Assembly (NCBI RefSeq): GCF_036588685.1
Contig: NC_086382.1
Location: forward strand, 44,578,001 to 44,642,000
DNA length: 64,000 nt
DNA from: Mytilus trossulus
Taxonomy: Eukaryota
Direction of reading: 5' to 3'
Shown in pieces: positions 13,792-25,734 of this stretch. A program made the translations under genes and the position numbers. Positions within the stretch are counted from its first letter, which is position 1; each line of letters begins with the position of its first letter. The notes below the pieces were generated by a model that did not search any database, had not been told where the DNA came from, and was given only the letters and a program-made list of their open reading frames with translations.

Positions 13792-14528
13792 TCATAGATA
13801 CCAGGACTAAATTTAGTATAGACGCTAGACGCGCGTTTCGTCTTCTAAAAACTCAGCAGTGACGCACGAATCCCAAAAAGTTTAAAATGCCAAATAAAGT
13901 ACGATGTTGAAGAGCATTGAGAACCAAAATTCCTAAAAGTTTTGCCAAATACAGCTAAGTTAATATATGCCTGAGGTAGAAAAGCCTTAGTATTTAAAAA
14001 AAATTCAAAAATTTGTAAACAGTAAATTTATGAATATAACCATATCAATGACAATTCATGTCAGCACAAAAAGTGCTGACTACTGGGCTTGTGATACCCT
14101 CGGGGAAATAAATCTCCACCAGCAGTGGCATCGACCCAGTGGTTGTAAATCAACTCATCATATATACCAGGACTAAATTTAGTGTATACGCCAGACTCGC
14201 GTTTCGTCTTCTAAAGACTCATCAGTGACGCTCGAATCCCAAAAAATAAAAAATGCCAAATAAAGTACAAAGTTGAAGAGCATTGAGAACCAAAATTCCT
14301 AAAAGTTTTGCCAAATACAGCTAAGTTAATATATGCCTGAGGTAGAAAAGCCTTAGTATTTAAAAAAAAATCAAAAATTTGTAAACAGTAAATTTATGAA
14401 TATAACCATATCAATGACAATTCATGTCAGCACAAAAAGTGCTGACTACAAGGGTTGTTATACTCTCGGGAAATAAATCTCCACCAGCAGTGGTTGCAAA
14501 TTAACTCAATATAGATACCAGGACTAAT
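13792..14528 (-). mobile_element. Tandem dimer of a ~366-nt hammerhead-containing repeat (retrozyme-like non-autonomous element)
   Basis: ccaggactaa recurs at 13801, 14167 and 14518; each full unit carries a hammerhead (first copy core mutated to CUGCUGA). Related fragments at 11750-12015, 20438-20660, 23920-24115 (+), 35183-35400. Confidence 0.8.
14188..14233 (-). ncRNA. Type I hammerhead ribozyme (subfamily 1) in tandem repeat
   Basis: GAGCGUCA CUGAUGA GUCUU-UAG-AAGAC GAAA CGCGAGUC/UGGCGU. Confidence 0.82.
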
Positions 14529-16770
14529 TGACACGGTAGGTTTAAATATTTAGGAAAAGAGGTTGTGCCCTCTATGTAATATAGAGGTTAGAATAATTTC
14601 AAGCTGCAGTAATGAGTACACAACTCAATAACTCTTGAATAAAAATGATTTATGAAATTTATGATACTGATCTTAGTTTTATTTCAATGAGTAACGTGGG
14701 AAACTTTTTATTTTATTTTCTCTTGTAAAGAATATGATATTTTGATAATTATTCCTTATGACATAAATGATATGTATAATTACAGAAACAGTGTTGGTAA
14801 CTGTGTATGAGCTGTTAATATCATATGTACATTTTGTTTTCTACACTTAAATCAAAATAATATGAATGAATAATTTGGAGTTAAGCAGCATTTCCTTTAA
14901 ATAAAACAATGTTAAGCTTCTTTAAATGAAAGGCATGTCGTCTTACATTTTTTTTTTTTTGTAAATGTTACATTATTTATTGTTTATTTGTGTTTGTTTT
15001 TAGTTACATCATATTGTTTGGAATTTATAGTAATTATATATTTTATCTTATCTTATCTTATTAAAACTGATCTACGGGAACATTTTCGTACAGTATACAA
15101 TATCAATAGATTTCGATACTTCAAAATCTTAAAAAAATCAAGTATTTGTAATAGAAAAATCGTTCTAACCGCTTTTGTGTAAAACAAGAAAGTAGTATTA
15201 TTATAAATATTTTTAACAAAACATGAATAAAGTGAATAAAGAGAGTAGGCCTACTTACGTTTAGTACAGTTGTTTGACTTCTTCGGTGGAAAAGTGGCGT
15301 GCACTGTTGATATGGTAATCTGATATTAACAGCTGTATCATTAAAATGAAATTTGACTAAAACAGATCAATAATACCAAAATCATCAACAACACATCTTC
15401 AACACGTTTTATCAGATTCTGCACAACAAATCACATTTTCAAATCTCCACTGAAACCAATATTGCATAGGTAATTTGAAGGAAAAATCTATTATACTCCA
15501 ATATAATTTGCCATTCCCAGACGTCCAAACTAAGTGGCAAAAAACGAGAAAACTCCAAATATTTTACAAAATAAGACAGTGGAAATTGATTTAACATTGC
15601 ATACTTAATACATGAAAGTATGAGTCAATTAAGGTGCTAAGACACATTACTCATTACGTGTGTGTTAGTATCTGAATATCCCGGTTTTCAAACGATGCCA
15701 TTCAATCTTTAATTTGCATGAATATATTCTATGAATAACTCGTGCAAATATTTGTGAAAAACGAGTTTTAATTATAATCGTGATTTCACAGATATAAACA
15801 ATATTTTCACAGCTTTCAGAAAATTGCAACAATAAGAGCTATGTACACAGAGTACGTGATATGTATTTAAGTCAAAATGTTTGGAATCTACAATAGTAAC
15901 AACTTTAACTTACTCGATTTTCATCAATATTGGAGACCTATATTTCATATAGTTTAGATATGCTAATCAATAGCTGCATTAGTCTCCGACTTTTCAGCAT
16001 TGTTTCCCTTTCAATTGTTTTGAAATATTGATTCATTTTGAATAAGATAAAGACTTTGAAGTATTTATATCTTAGAAAAAAGTAAAATAACAAAATATAA
16101 TCTAAAATTAATCAAAACGAAAATCAAATGACGAAACCAAAAGCTTAAACGCATTAAACAAATGTATAACAACTTTCATAATATTCCTGTCTTGGTACAT
16201 TTATAGCAACTTTGAAGCAAATAACTTTTTATTGTTATCTATGTGTTAAAGACCAAATTTCATATTCTAAAATGGAAAATTATGATCGTTGTTTATTCTC
16301 TGAAGTGTATGTTTCTGTATATTTTTTACCTGCATTGTCTGATTTCCGACAGAAGAATTCATTGTTGACGGGAGATCATTGGAAGTCTGTTTTCAAAATT
16401 TTCTTTTTGAAATATTCTAGATTCGGAACCATTTAGATATTTCCAACGTGTGCAAACATGTTTTATTTGTGAAGATGTAGATGTATTTTTGTTATTTGAA
16501 TAGTGGAATTACTTAAAATATTGGTGAATTATCCAAATTTATTTTTATTCACAATAACGAGTGCATTTGGTAGTAAAAAAAGAGACCTTTAATTTTGATC
16601 AATGTTATTTAGTTGGAAAGTAATTTACGCTATTTACCAGCTAGTAGCATGTAGTATCGTTTTGATAATGAGACAATTGTAACAATTCAATGGCAATTAT
16701 ACATATATATATCTGTTTATGAACAAATAGAAATTAATAGAAATTATTATATCATCTAATATTCGTTTAA

Positions 16771-17530
16771 GGTCAAGGAACAGTAAATGGGCTATGTCGC
16801 AGATTTTGCCCAAAATTTGCATACAACCGTGGCTCGTTGAACTACAATTAAAAATCGAAAAAATAGTACATTTATCTCTTTTATTATCTGAAAAATTGCA
16901 GATTGATTTCTGTTAATATGGTTGAATATTTGTATAGAAAGCACATAAAATCTAATTCTACTCCATAGATTTTTCTTAAAAAACTATATATTGTTGACAC
17001 ATAAATTTCTGTTTTAATGATATAAAATAATCATAGGGTCACCGACTCCGTTTTTTGTCTAACAATCAATTTGTTACCTTGTTGGTAGTGAAAAACGTCA
17101 AAAATAAACGTTTTACGGCCTGCAACGCGATACCGTTACGATTATTTCGACGTTTTGTTGGATTTTTTCACAAAGAACGCAACTTTGAATGATGAATACC
17201 GTAAAAACGAAGTCGGTGACCCTATCTTTATTTTGCATCATTATAACGGAAATTTATGTATCAACAATATATAGTTTTTTAAGAAAAATCTATGGAGTAG
17301 AATAAGAGATTTGGCGATTTTAAGACAAATTTTAGAAGGGTTTTCGCCGATTTTATGTGCTTTCTATACAAATGTTCACCCATTTTGTAAGAATTCAATG
17401 AGTAATATTTCAAATGATAATTGAGATAAATGCATTATTTTTTCGATTTTCAGTTGAAGTACATTGAGCTAGAGTTGTATGCCAAATTTTACTGAAATCT
17501 GTGACATAGCCCATTTACTGTAACTTGACC
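16771..17530. mobile_element. TTAA-targeting foldback MITE (Kolobok-like GG..CC ends)
   Basis: Near whole-length palindrome; TTAA at 16767-16770 and 17531-17534; empty site with a single TTAA at 41371-41374. Confidence 0.85.
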
Positions 17531-18262
17531 TTAAGTGTTTAATATGTCAGTCCTTTGTGACTATCAAACAACTTTCAGCGCCATTCACATACAGGATAGA
17601 TCCACCATCCTTGTTTTGTTTTCTGCAATGAAAGTCAGACATGATTGTTTATAGATATACAAATAAAATGCGTTATGTTTGAAAAGAAACAATCTACAAT
17701 AGAATTTAAATGGATCTCAATATTCAATACCTGGGTGTTGAATTTTAATTTTCCTCTACACAAAATGTGGAATTATATTTTCTGTAAGTGACTGGAATTA
17801 GAAAAAGTATAACAAATATATCAGACTCCGAGGTAAATAAAAAAATATATAGTACATAAAAACTGACAAAACTGTAAAGATTCTTTGCTATAGCATTAAT
17901 TGATACTGTTTAACATTGTTTTTTTTTCATATTTTTACAGTTTTTTGTTGATGTCTTTACTACCGATAATGTAAAATTAAATGATTTTTCTTATAAATAA
18001 AAAGTTTTATCGCCACCGAATTTGTAATTTGTAAATGTATCATCCCATTATGCATGTCGTATTTAAAAACAGTGAAAATTAACATGCCGATGAACGACGC
18101 AATGCTTGTTAAATTTATTGTTTGAATTGAAATTTGTGATTTGCTCAAATACACAATTTCAATCCTTGTATCTATGATGAGTTGATTTAATTATTTTTGC
18201 CTTTTAAAGAATTTTTTCTACGTGATATATTCAACTATTAATAATAATACTCCGTATCTTAA

Positions 18263-18541
18263 GGTGGTATCCAACACTTTCACTAAAATTAATTTGGCTC
18301 GTTCAATTTTCATAAAATTTTGACCATGTACTTACTTTGACCTATTTAAAGAAAATATAAAAAAAAAATTAAAATTTTTGAGACCTACCATTTTATCCGA
18401 AAAATTACACTGGTAATATATAGCAGTTTGACAAACACACATTTTGTTCATTGAGACGCTTAATATTCCCTTAACAACAAACGTAATTAAAACGTTGAGC
18501 TGACTTTACAGAGTTATCTCCCTGTAGTGTAAGGTACCACC
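18263..18541. mobile_element. TTAA-flanked non-autonomous DNA transposon (Kolobok-like)
   Basis: TIR GGTGGTA..; TTAA on both sides; absent from the paralogous position near 42200. Confidence 0.7.
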
Positions 18542-20468
18542 TTAACACTTTTCCCATCAATAAAACGAAGGTGTTGTTGGTTATTATTACAACATTTTAT
18601 GGATTTGATTTGTTTTTTAGTGTTTTTCTCTGCTCTCTGCAATTCACTTACAACAGAGACATATAATACAATATAATTGTATTTATATGTCTCTGCTCAC
18701 AATAATGCTAATGACACATAGTAATCTGCTTACTTTGAAAGAATGTTAAACTGATCAGATATTTTACATAAGAGCCGCCGTCTAGTAAACAATGTAAATA
18801 ATGCAATTTGAGAAAAAAGATGATAGTTACGATACTGTGTATCATGTTTACATTTATAGTGACATTTATCGCTATTTTTTGCATTTTTCTTTTGATATTT
18901 TTTTGTGATAATTTTCATATCATTCTTCTCGCTTGAGATGGAATAATTATCACTAGAAACTAAGGAGGCCACGTGGCGTTGCTAACGAAATTGACATGAA
19001 CATGATGAAATTGACAACGTCGTCATAGGTAAAATAGCGATAAATAGATTATCATTGTTCATCTCAACTCGATTGCTTTTCTCACTTTCGCTGTACCAGC
19101 TCAAGCGAGAAAATCAATCTCGTTGAGATGATCAACGATAATCTATAATTATCATTTTGTTTTTGTTTACTGTAATTTATATTCAAAGGTGAAAAACTAA
19201 GATAAAAAGGTATATTTATTGTAAACTAATTGAGAAATTGACCATTTATTAACCTGTTTCGTCTGGAAACAGCTATTTATTTATGATCTTTGGAACGACA
19301 TTTTTATGAGCAAATGGTTTAAAGTATGAGAAATTTATTTATTGTGTGTTAAGCTTTGTTTGTAAAACGTGAATACAGACCTTGAAATATTTTCCGCCTC
19401 TTGTATACTTTGAGGCAATGGCATATTTTTAGTTTCTGGAAGTGCAAACGATAGTAAACCAGCACAAATACCAAAAGCACCAAATATTACCAGCGGTAAG
19501 GCAACACCAAATTTTGTATCAACCAATACACCCTACAAATATATGAAATGAATTGAATGGAATTGTTTTCTACTTGAATTTATTATAACTGTTACATGAA
19601 GATCTGTCAACTGTAACTTATGTTATTATTATTTAACTGTTTTTATTTTTTTGCTTTCGAAGGTTATTTCTATTCCTATCATGATTATGTATGTTCTTAT
19701 TTTACCTTTATCATAGCATGCCTCTAGTGTTTATGGTTTTTTTTATTCTTGAAATCGTATTTTTATAAAGCAGAAAATTAACAGAACCCCGCAAGCTAAA
19801 TTGTGTTTTGAAAAAATAAAACTTTATATACATCTTGTTAAAATTTCGTGATTAGTATGAAAATTTATCATCATACAGAAATAAATATGAAATGATCTCA
19901 ATAACAAATATCTACCAAATCACCAACATAAGCGGACACCATTGATCCAGCATACCCAGCTGAGCTGAAAATTCCAAGCGCAAATGATCTGAGGTTAGTT
20001 GGGAAATTTTCCGCCACCATCAGATAAATATTAAAGTATGCCACTGATATTGTGAGTTTTCCTATCATAGCCAAGGTTATCGTCAACCAGTGTAGGGCTG
20101 TAGTAGACAAAAGAAAATAGGATTAATTAATACTGAATAAAAAATTATATCTGCTTATAGAATACGAAAACACATGTTATGATAAATTTTCAGGCAATTT
20201 TTTTTTCTCTTTTAAAAAACAAACTAGGTATCATAATTCATCCGTCGAGATTTCATTGTATTTAAATAAAAAAAAAATTCAGAGAAAGAATTAAAAATGT
20301 GCAGGACGGACTTTAAATCAATTAAGGTTGATGTGGTACATTCAGTACAATAAAGGCAACAGTAGTATACCGCTGTTCGAAATAAATCGATTGAGAGAAG
20401 AACAAATCCGGGTTACAAACTAAAATTGAGGGACGTAGTTATCAAAGGTACCGGGATTATAATTTAGT

Positions 20469-20514
20469 ACGCCAGATGCGCGTTTCGTTTACATAAGACT
20501 CATCAGTGACGCTC
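20469..20514 (-). ncRNA. Type I hammerhead ribozyme (subfamily 1)
   Basis: GAGCGUCA CUGAUGA GUCUUAUGUAAAC GAAA CGCGCAUC/UGGCGU; mismatches in stems II and III. Confidence 0.7.
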
Positions 20515-21309
20515 ATATTAAAATATTTATAAAGCCAAACAAGTACAAAGATGAAGAGCATTGAGGATTCAAAATTCCAAAAAGTTGTGCAAAATACGGC
20601 GTAGGTAATCATTGCCTGGGATAAGAAAATCCTATGTTTTTCGAAAAATCCAAACTATTGATATTCATTTTAACCCCGAAGACTACTGGGCTGGCGATAC
20701 CCTCGGGGACGAAACGTCCACCAGCAGGAAACATATCAAATATAAGAGAAGACTACTGGGCTGGCGATACCCTCGGGGACGAAAAGTCCACCAGCAGGAA
20801 ACATATCAAATATAAGAGAAGAAAGACACAACAGAAACACAACATTGAAATGTAACACACACAGAAACATACTATAATATAACAATGGTCATTTTCCTGA
20901 CTTTGACAGGACATTTTAAGAAAAAACTGGTGGGTTGAATCTGGTTTTGTGGTATGCCAAACCTCCCGCTTTTATGTTTATATTAAATGTAATATTAAAA
21001 TGGCAACATTTCATGACAGGACTACAACACAAAATAATGGAAGAAACATATAGAACAGATAAACACACGAATACATGCAATAGCTAACAAAAGGTACCAG
21101 GTTTAAAATGATATACGCCACACGCGTGTTTCGTCCACACAAGACCAACCAGCGACGCTACAACCTATATAAAAGAATTTTAAAAGAAGTCTAATCATGA
21201 TATGTAAACAAGACAATTATTTCAGTATGTGCGCTCTTCTTTGTTTTCTTGCATATATGGATATGGGTGCAATGTTTCGGTTCAATGCGTTTTTATTGTT
21301 ATACCCCTG

Positions 21310-22790
21310 TTGACAGAACCGACCTCTTCATATATGATTTATCGTAAGAGCATAAAATGTGTTAAACTTTTTTTTTATTATTATGACCGTTGAACATTGA
21401 AATTTAAACACAGCCGACCTCTCATAGCAACTCATCTTACAAAATTTATCAACATCTTTGGATGTAGGGTCAATGTTCCGGTTCCAAATTTTTTGTTTGG
21501 GGGTTATGCTATTTTGAACTAGAAACAGTTTGATAGGTCCGACCTTGTCATCGTAACTGGTTATCTGAGGGTTATCGCAACATCATAAAAACTACCACAT
21601 TGTTAGATCCATCATATGCAGATGTTCATGTCATTTGAGTCTTTTGTCAATTTGCCCATTGAACTTTAAAATATTGATATAACCGACCTTGTTGGCATCA
21701 CAACTCCTCATACATTGTTTATCGTATTAGCATAAAAACTTATTCATCGGTAGATGCTAAAATGCAGATGTTTGTTTGGGAACGATGTTCCGGTCCTTTG
21801 GTTTTTATTAAGTCCTTTGTACTTGGTAGAAATTTAAACAAAACTGACCATCTCATTCAACTCCTCTTACATGACTTTACATCATATATATGGATGTTGG
21901 ACGCATGATCGGTTCAATGCCATTTTGAAATAGGAAAAGGAGTAGGTCCAGTAAGACCCATTTTTGGCCCCAAAATATAGCAGTTTTATAAAATTGTTAA
22001 AATGTAAACTTTTAGTTATTTATTGGACAGCAGAATGCTTCTTCTCTACATAAATATGGACTGTTTTTGACAATACAATGCACATATATCGGGTACTTGC
22101 ACCATTAAGTCATGCTAAATTACTGAAATCTACACAATTCTATCATTTAAGTTAAATTTTAAACGGTTTTCGTGTAAAACGAAAGAGACCGCATTCGTGT
22201 TCATCCATAATATTGAAATGTAAGTTGTGTTTTATAATAATACGTAACATATATAAAGGTTGAGGATGAACACGGATGCGGCCACTTTCATTTTTGACAA
22301 AAACCATCCGAAAATTGACATTTTTCGGCATATTTGGTAGATTTTTCATATTTGATCTTGAATTGGATCGTTTTTAATGACTAAATCAGTTAAAATCTTT
22401 CACATACACTTATTGATTCAAATGAAATAGACGCTTGAGTGTTTAAAAAGGGGTCAAAATCTTTCGTCAGATAAGCCTGATATTTGAGGCCAAAATCGGT
22501 CCTTACCGGACCTACTCCTTTCGATAAAGTCGACCTTGTATCTCAATTCATCAAACATAGTTAAACGTATCTTCATTATACTTCTCCATTGTTAGATCCT
22601 AATTTAAAGATGTGCATGCGCATAAGATGTTCCTGTCATTTCGTTTTTAATGCTCCCCCTTTTAGTTTTTGAATTTTGGCAGAACTGCCTTTGTCATCGC
22701 AACTCATTCTACATGCTGATATCAATTTACATGTAAACTCAATAATTTCTTGCCAAAAGCATATACGAAATTATAATACTAATATCTATG
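21310..22790. repeat. Degenerate ~140-bp tandem repeat (Helentron/HINE-like core), split by a TIR element
   Basis: gacc(t)tgtcatcgcaactc motif recurs near 21320, 21416, 21541, 21684, 21846, 22531 and 22687. Confidence 0.55.
21936..22521. mobile_element. Non-autonomous TIR element, superfamily unassigned
   Basis: TIR AAAGGAGTAGGTCC(A/G)GTAAG; no clear TSD; inserted in a ~140-bp satellite. Confidence 0.7.
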
Positions 22791-24038
22791 CAAACTCCCC
22801 CGCAGTTCCAACTCCGATCCGCATACGGGTCCGCATACTACTCTACACATTGATGATGTGCAGGAAAATAGTAATAGGAACGGAAACGATCACTGTACGG
22901 AGTTCGGTATCTATGATGAGTTTATTTACCACTTCCACCGCATCGTTGATTAACGGGTGCATATGGCTGATATACGGCGAATCTATGAAATTCATAATAA
23001 AAATTCAGACCAAATGTTTCATCAAGAATTGAAAGTTGTGTATACAGTTAATTTACAATTATGATTATACAGTATCAGTACTGGACTGGTGATTCCCTAG
23101 AGGAATAAAACTCGACCGGCAGTAAATCGGCCAAGTAGTTGTAAAGGAATTCATCATATTAAAGCTTGTTAAAAAGTGTTTAATGTACTACTTACATGGG
23201 CCACCGTACAAAGATGAAAATATTGTACACAGACAACCGATGCCACAAATTAACATAGAAGAACTGAATATTTTCTTTCTTCCAAGTCTTTCCACAACAT
23301 AAAGACATATGAATAAGGCAATTACTTCAGCTGACGTTGATATTAAATAATTCACATAGACATCCCCACCTAAGTTACCAACTTTCATTGTGATCCCAAA
23401 ATAAGTCATACTTATTGAAAACCTGTAAAACAATTCAATATTAAGCTACATTTTCACCATAACAGAAGAAAGTGTACTAACACATTTTGTACCAAACACA
23501 GTCAAAAACAGTGCAAAAAATATTGTTTTTTATTTCATCATACTATCTCTCACAATCAGTTTTTTTTTTTTTTAGAAAATTTGAAGAATAATATTATTAA
23601 ACGTACACGTTTTATTTATAACACATACAACTTTATAGCGATCTCGAATACGTCAGTGATTCCATGTTTACTTAAGAATGTGTTAGCAATTCCTTTCAGT
23701 TTTATATATCATATTTTCATTTTTTAAATAACTTTTTGTTCGGTTTCCCTTTTTAAAGGTAAATATAATAAAAATAAAGTTTATCAAATACGTGTTGCTG
23801 GTATGAGGAGAAATGCAAACTCCGTCAATTATAATTGTTTTTACAGCTACATCTACATTGTGCCTTTTGTCTGAACAGCATTACTGGAAACTGCTGGGAA
23901 CTGGCAAATACAGTTGTTCAATCTGTGCATATTTTGTAATTCCAGGCATTGATTACCTTAGCCGTATTTGGCACAATTTTTTGGATCCTCAATGCTCTTC
24001 AACTTTGTACTTGTTTGGCTTTATAAATATTTTGATAT

Positions 24039-24084
24039 GAGCGTCACTGATGAGACTTCTGTAGACGAAACGCGCGTCTGGCGT
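24039..24084 (+). ncRNA. Type I hammerhead ribozyme (subfamily 1)
   Basis: GAGCGUCA CUGAUGA GACUUCUGUAGAC GAAA CGCGCGUC/UGGCGU; one stem II mismatch; predicted cleavage after 24078. Confidence 0.8.
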
Positions 24085-25734
24085 ACTAAATTATAATCCT
24101 GGTACCTTTGCAAACTATTGTAACTTTTTATAATAAGATAAAATGTGATATGATTGCCTATAACTAACCATCAATCGTTCAAATGCATTAAATAAAAGTA
24201 TCATATATGATTAATATCATTATTGAGTTGAAATTGCTTTGCCTGGACACGTCATAAAATGAATACATTTCTTGGCATAGTGGTAGAACGATTGCCTTCA
24301 GTGTGATATAGTGTGCTCGATTTCAGGTAGTTTCAAATGAAAGCCTTGACCTTTTACCTCCCTGCCAAATATGCGTCCTCAATTAGAACAGACTGATCGA
24401 TTTGAAGTCATAAGTGTGTGGGTATGATAACATGTCCATTTTCTAGCTTTTAGCTTGTTAAATAGCACATTGAATATCCGGCTACGCGTGTCGGTCAAAT
24501 ATAAAACTGTCACCGGACGTTCAACAATAATTCAAACTTCCATGCTGTCATAATATGGCATTGCTTTATAAAATACTCCAAAATATTGCTGCCAATAAAT
24601 TGATGTACTAACTAATTTACAAACGTGTTTAGGTTATTGTTTCAAAATACTTACCAATTAAACATAAAAATAGACAATCGAACAGTTAGAATTTTTGACT
24701 TGTAAAGCTCTCCGACGGCTGTACAAAATGCAACCTTTTCATGTTACTCATCAACCTTAATTTTCTGAATGTCAATTTCGAAATTAGCATTATTTTCTTT
24801 TGCAATATCCTTTAGAATCATTTCAGATCTTGATGACTTCCCCTTCGCTATCAACCATCGTGCCGACTCTTTCTGGAATCTTAGATATATTATTGCTAAC
24901 TATAATTATTTGCGTTCGAAATGAAAATTGTTTGAGGGGCTATCATTTTCGTACGCTGTTGATAATATTATGTAGACGTAATGCACTTTTGGCGTACCAA
25001 ATTGTAAGCCTTGGATAATTGAATATTTTTTGTTAAAACTTTTTTACCAATTCAGATAGATCTATATTGTAAAATCTGTGTTTATTCAGTCGCAATTAAA
25101 ACACAAAAAAATGCTTTATCGAGTATATAAATTTTATGGAAACTTATTTAACCAAAATGTCAAATGGAGAACAGCAATACCATTACTGTTCCTTTAATCT
25201 TTGTGTTTCCATGTACGCGTAGTGATTTTGTGTCTGGAATTGTTTTGCCATATCCTGTCGTTTCCTTAAATTAAATTTATTCTTATAGTTTTGCTGCATT
25301 TAAAATAAAGCTATGTATTTGCTATGATAATACTTGATATATATATATCTTTCTTTCTACTTTCGAAAATATGGTTTAACATGTGGCTATCTATGAACGA
25401 ATAAACTCAGTTAAAATATACGGCTTCATTATATTACTTGATATATATCTACATACAGTAATGAGGTGAGAAATATACCAACAACTATTGATGTTGACCA
25501 GCCCAGAATACGCCAATCCCTGATAAAGTAGGCAAAAATAACAAGCACGTATTCTCCAATGCAGAAGGAGAAATAATAGGCAAAGTTTGCGAAAACTCTT
25601 TTAGAGGGATCCACCAATTTGGTAGCTAGAACGAAAACATCTAAACTGATGAACATCATTAATATGCACAAAACATATTTATATCCTACAGATTTTGAAC
25701 TGTTACAGTGAGGTTTTTGATACAAATCAGAATT

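Noticed and set aside
14079-14143. HDV-like or twister ribozyme in the GC-rich motif
   Set aside because: No P1.1/P4/J4-2 catalytic C arrangement and no twister consensus could be fitted; kept only as an unassigned structured motif
15259-15320. Possible non-coding first exon of the lectin gene (minus-strand gtaagt donor at 15258)
   Set aside because: Only a donor consensus; no independent support without transcripts
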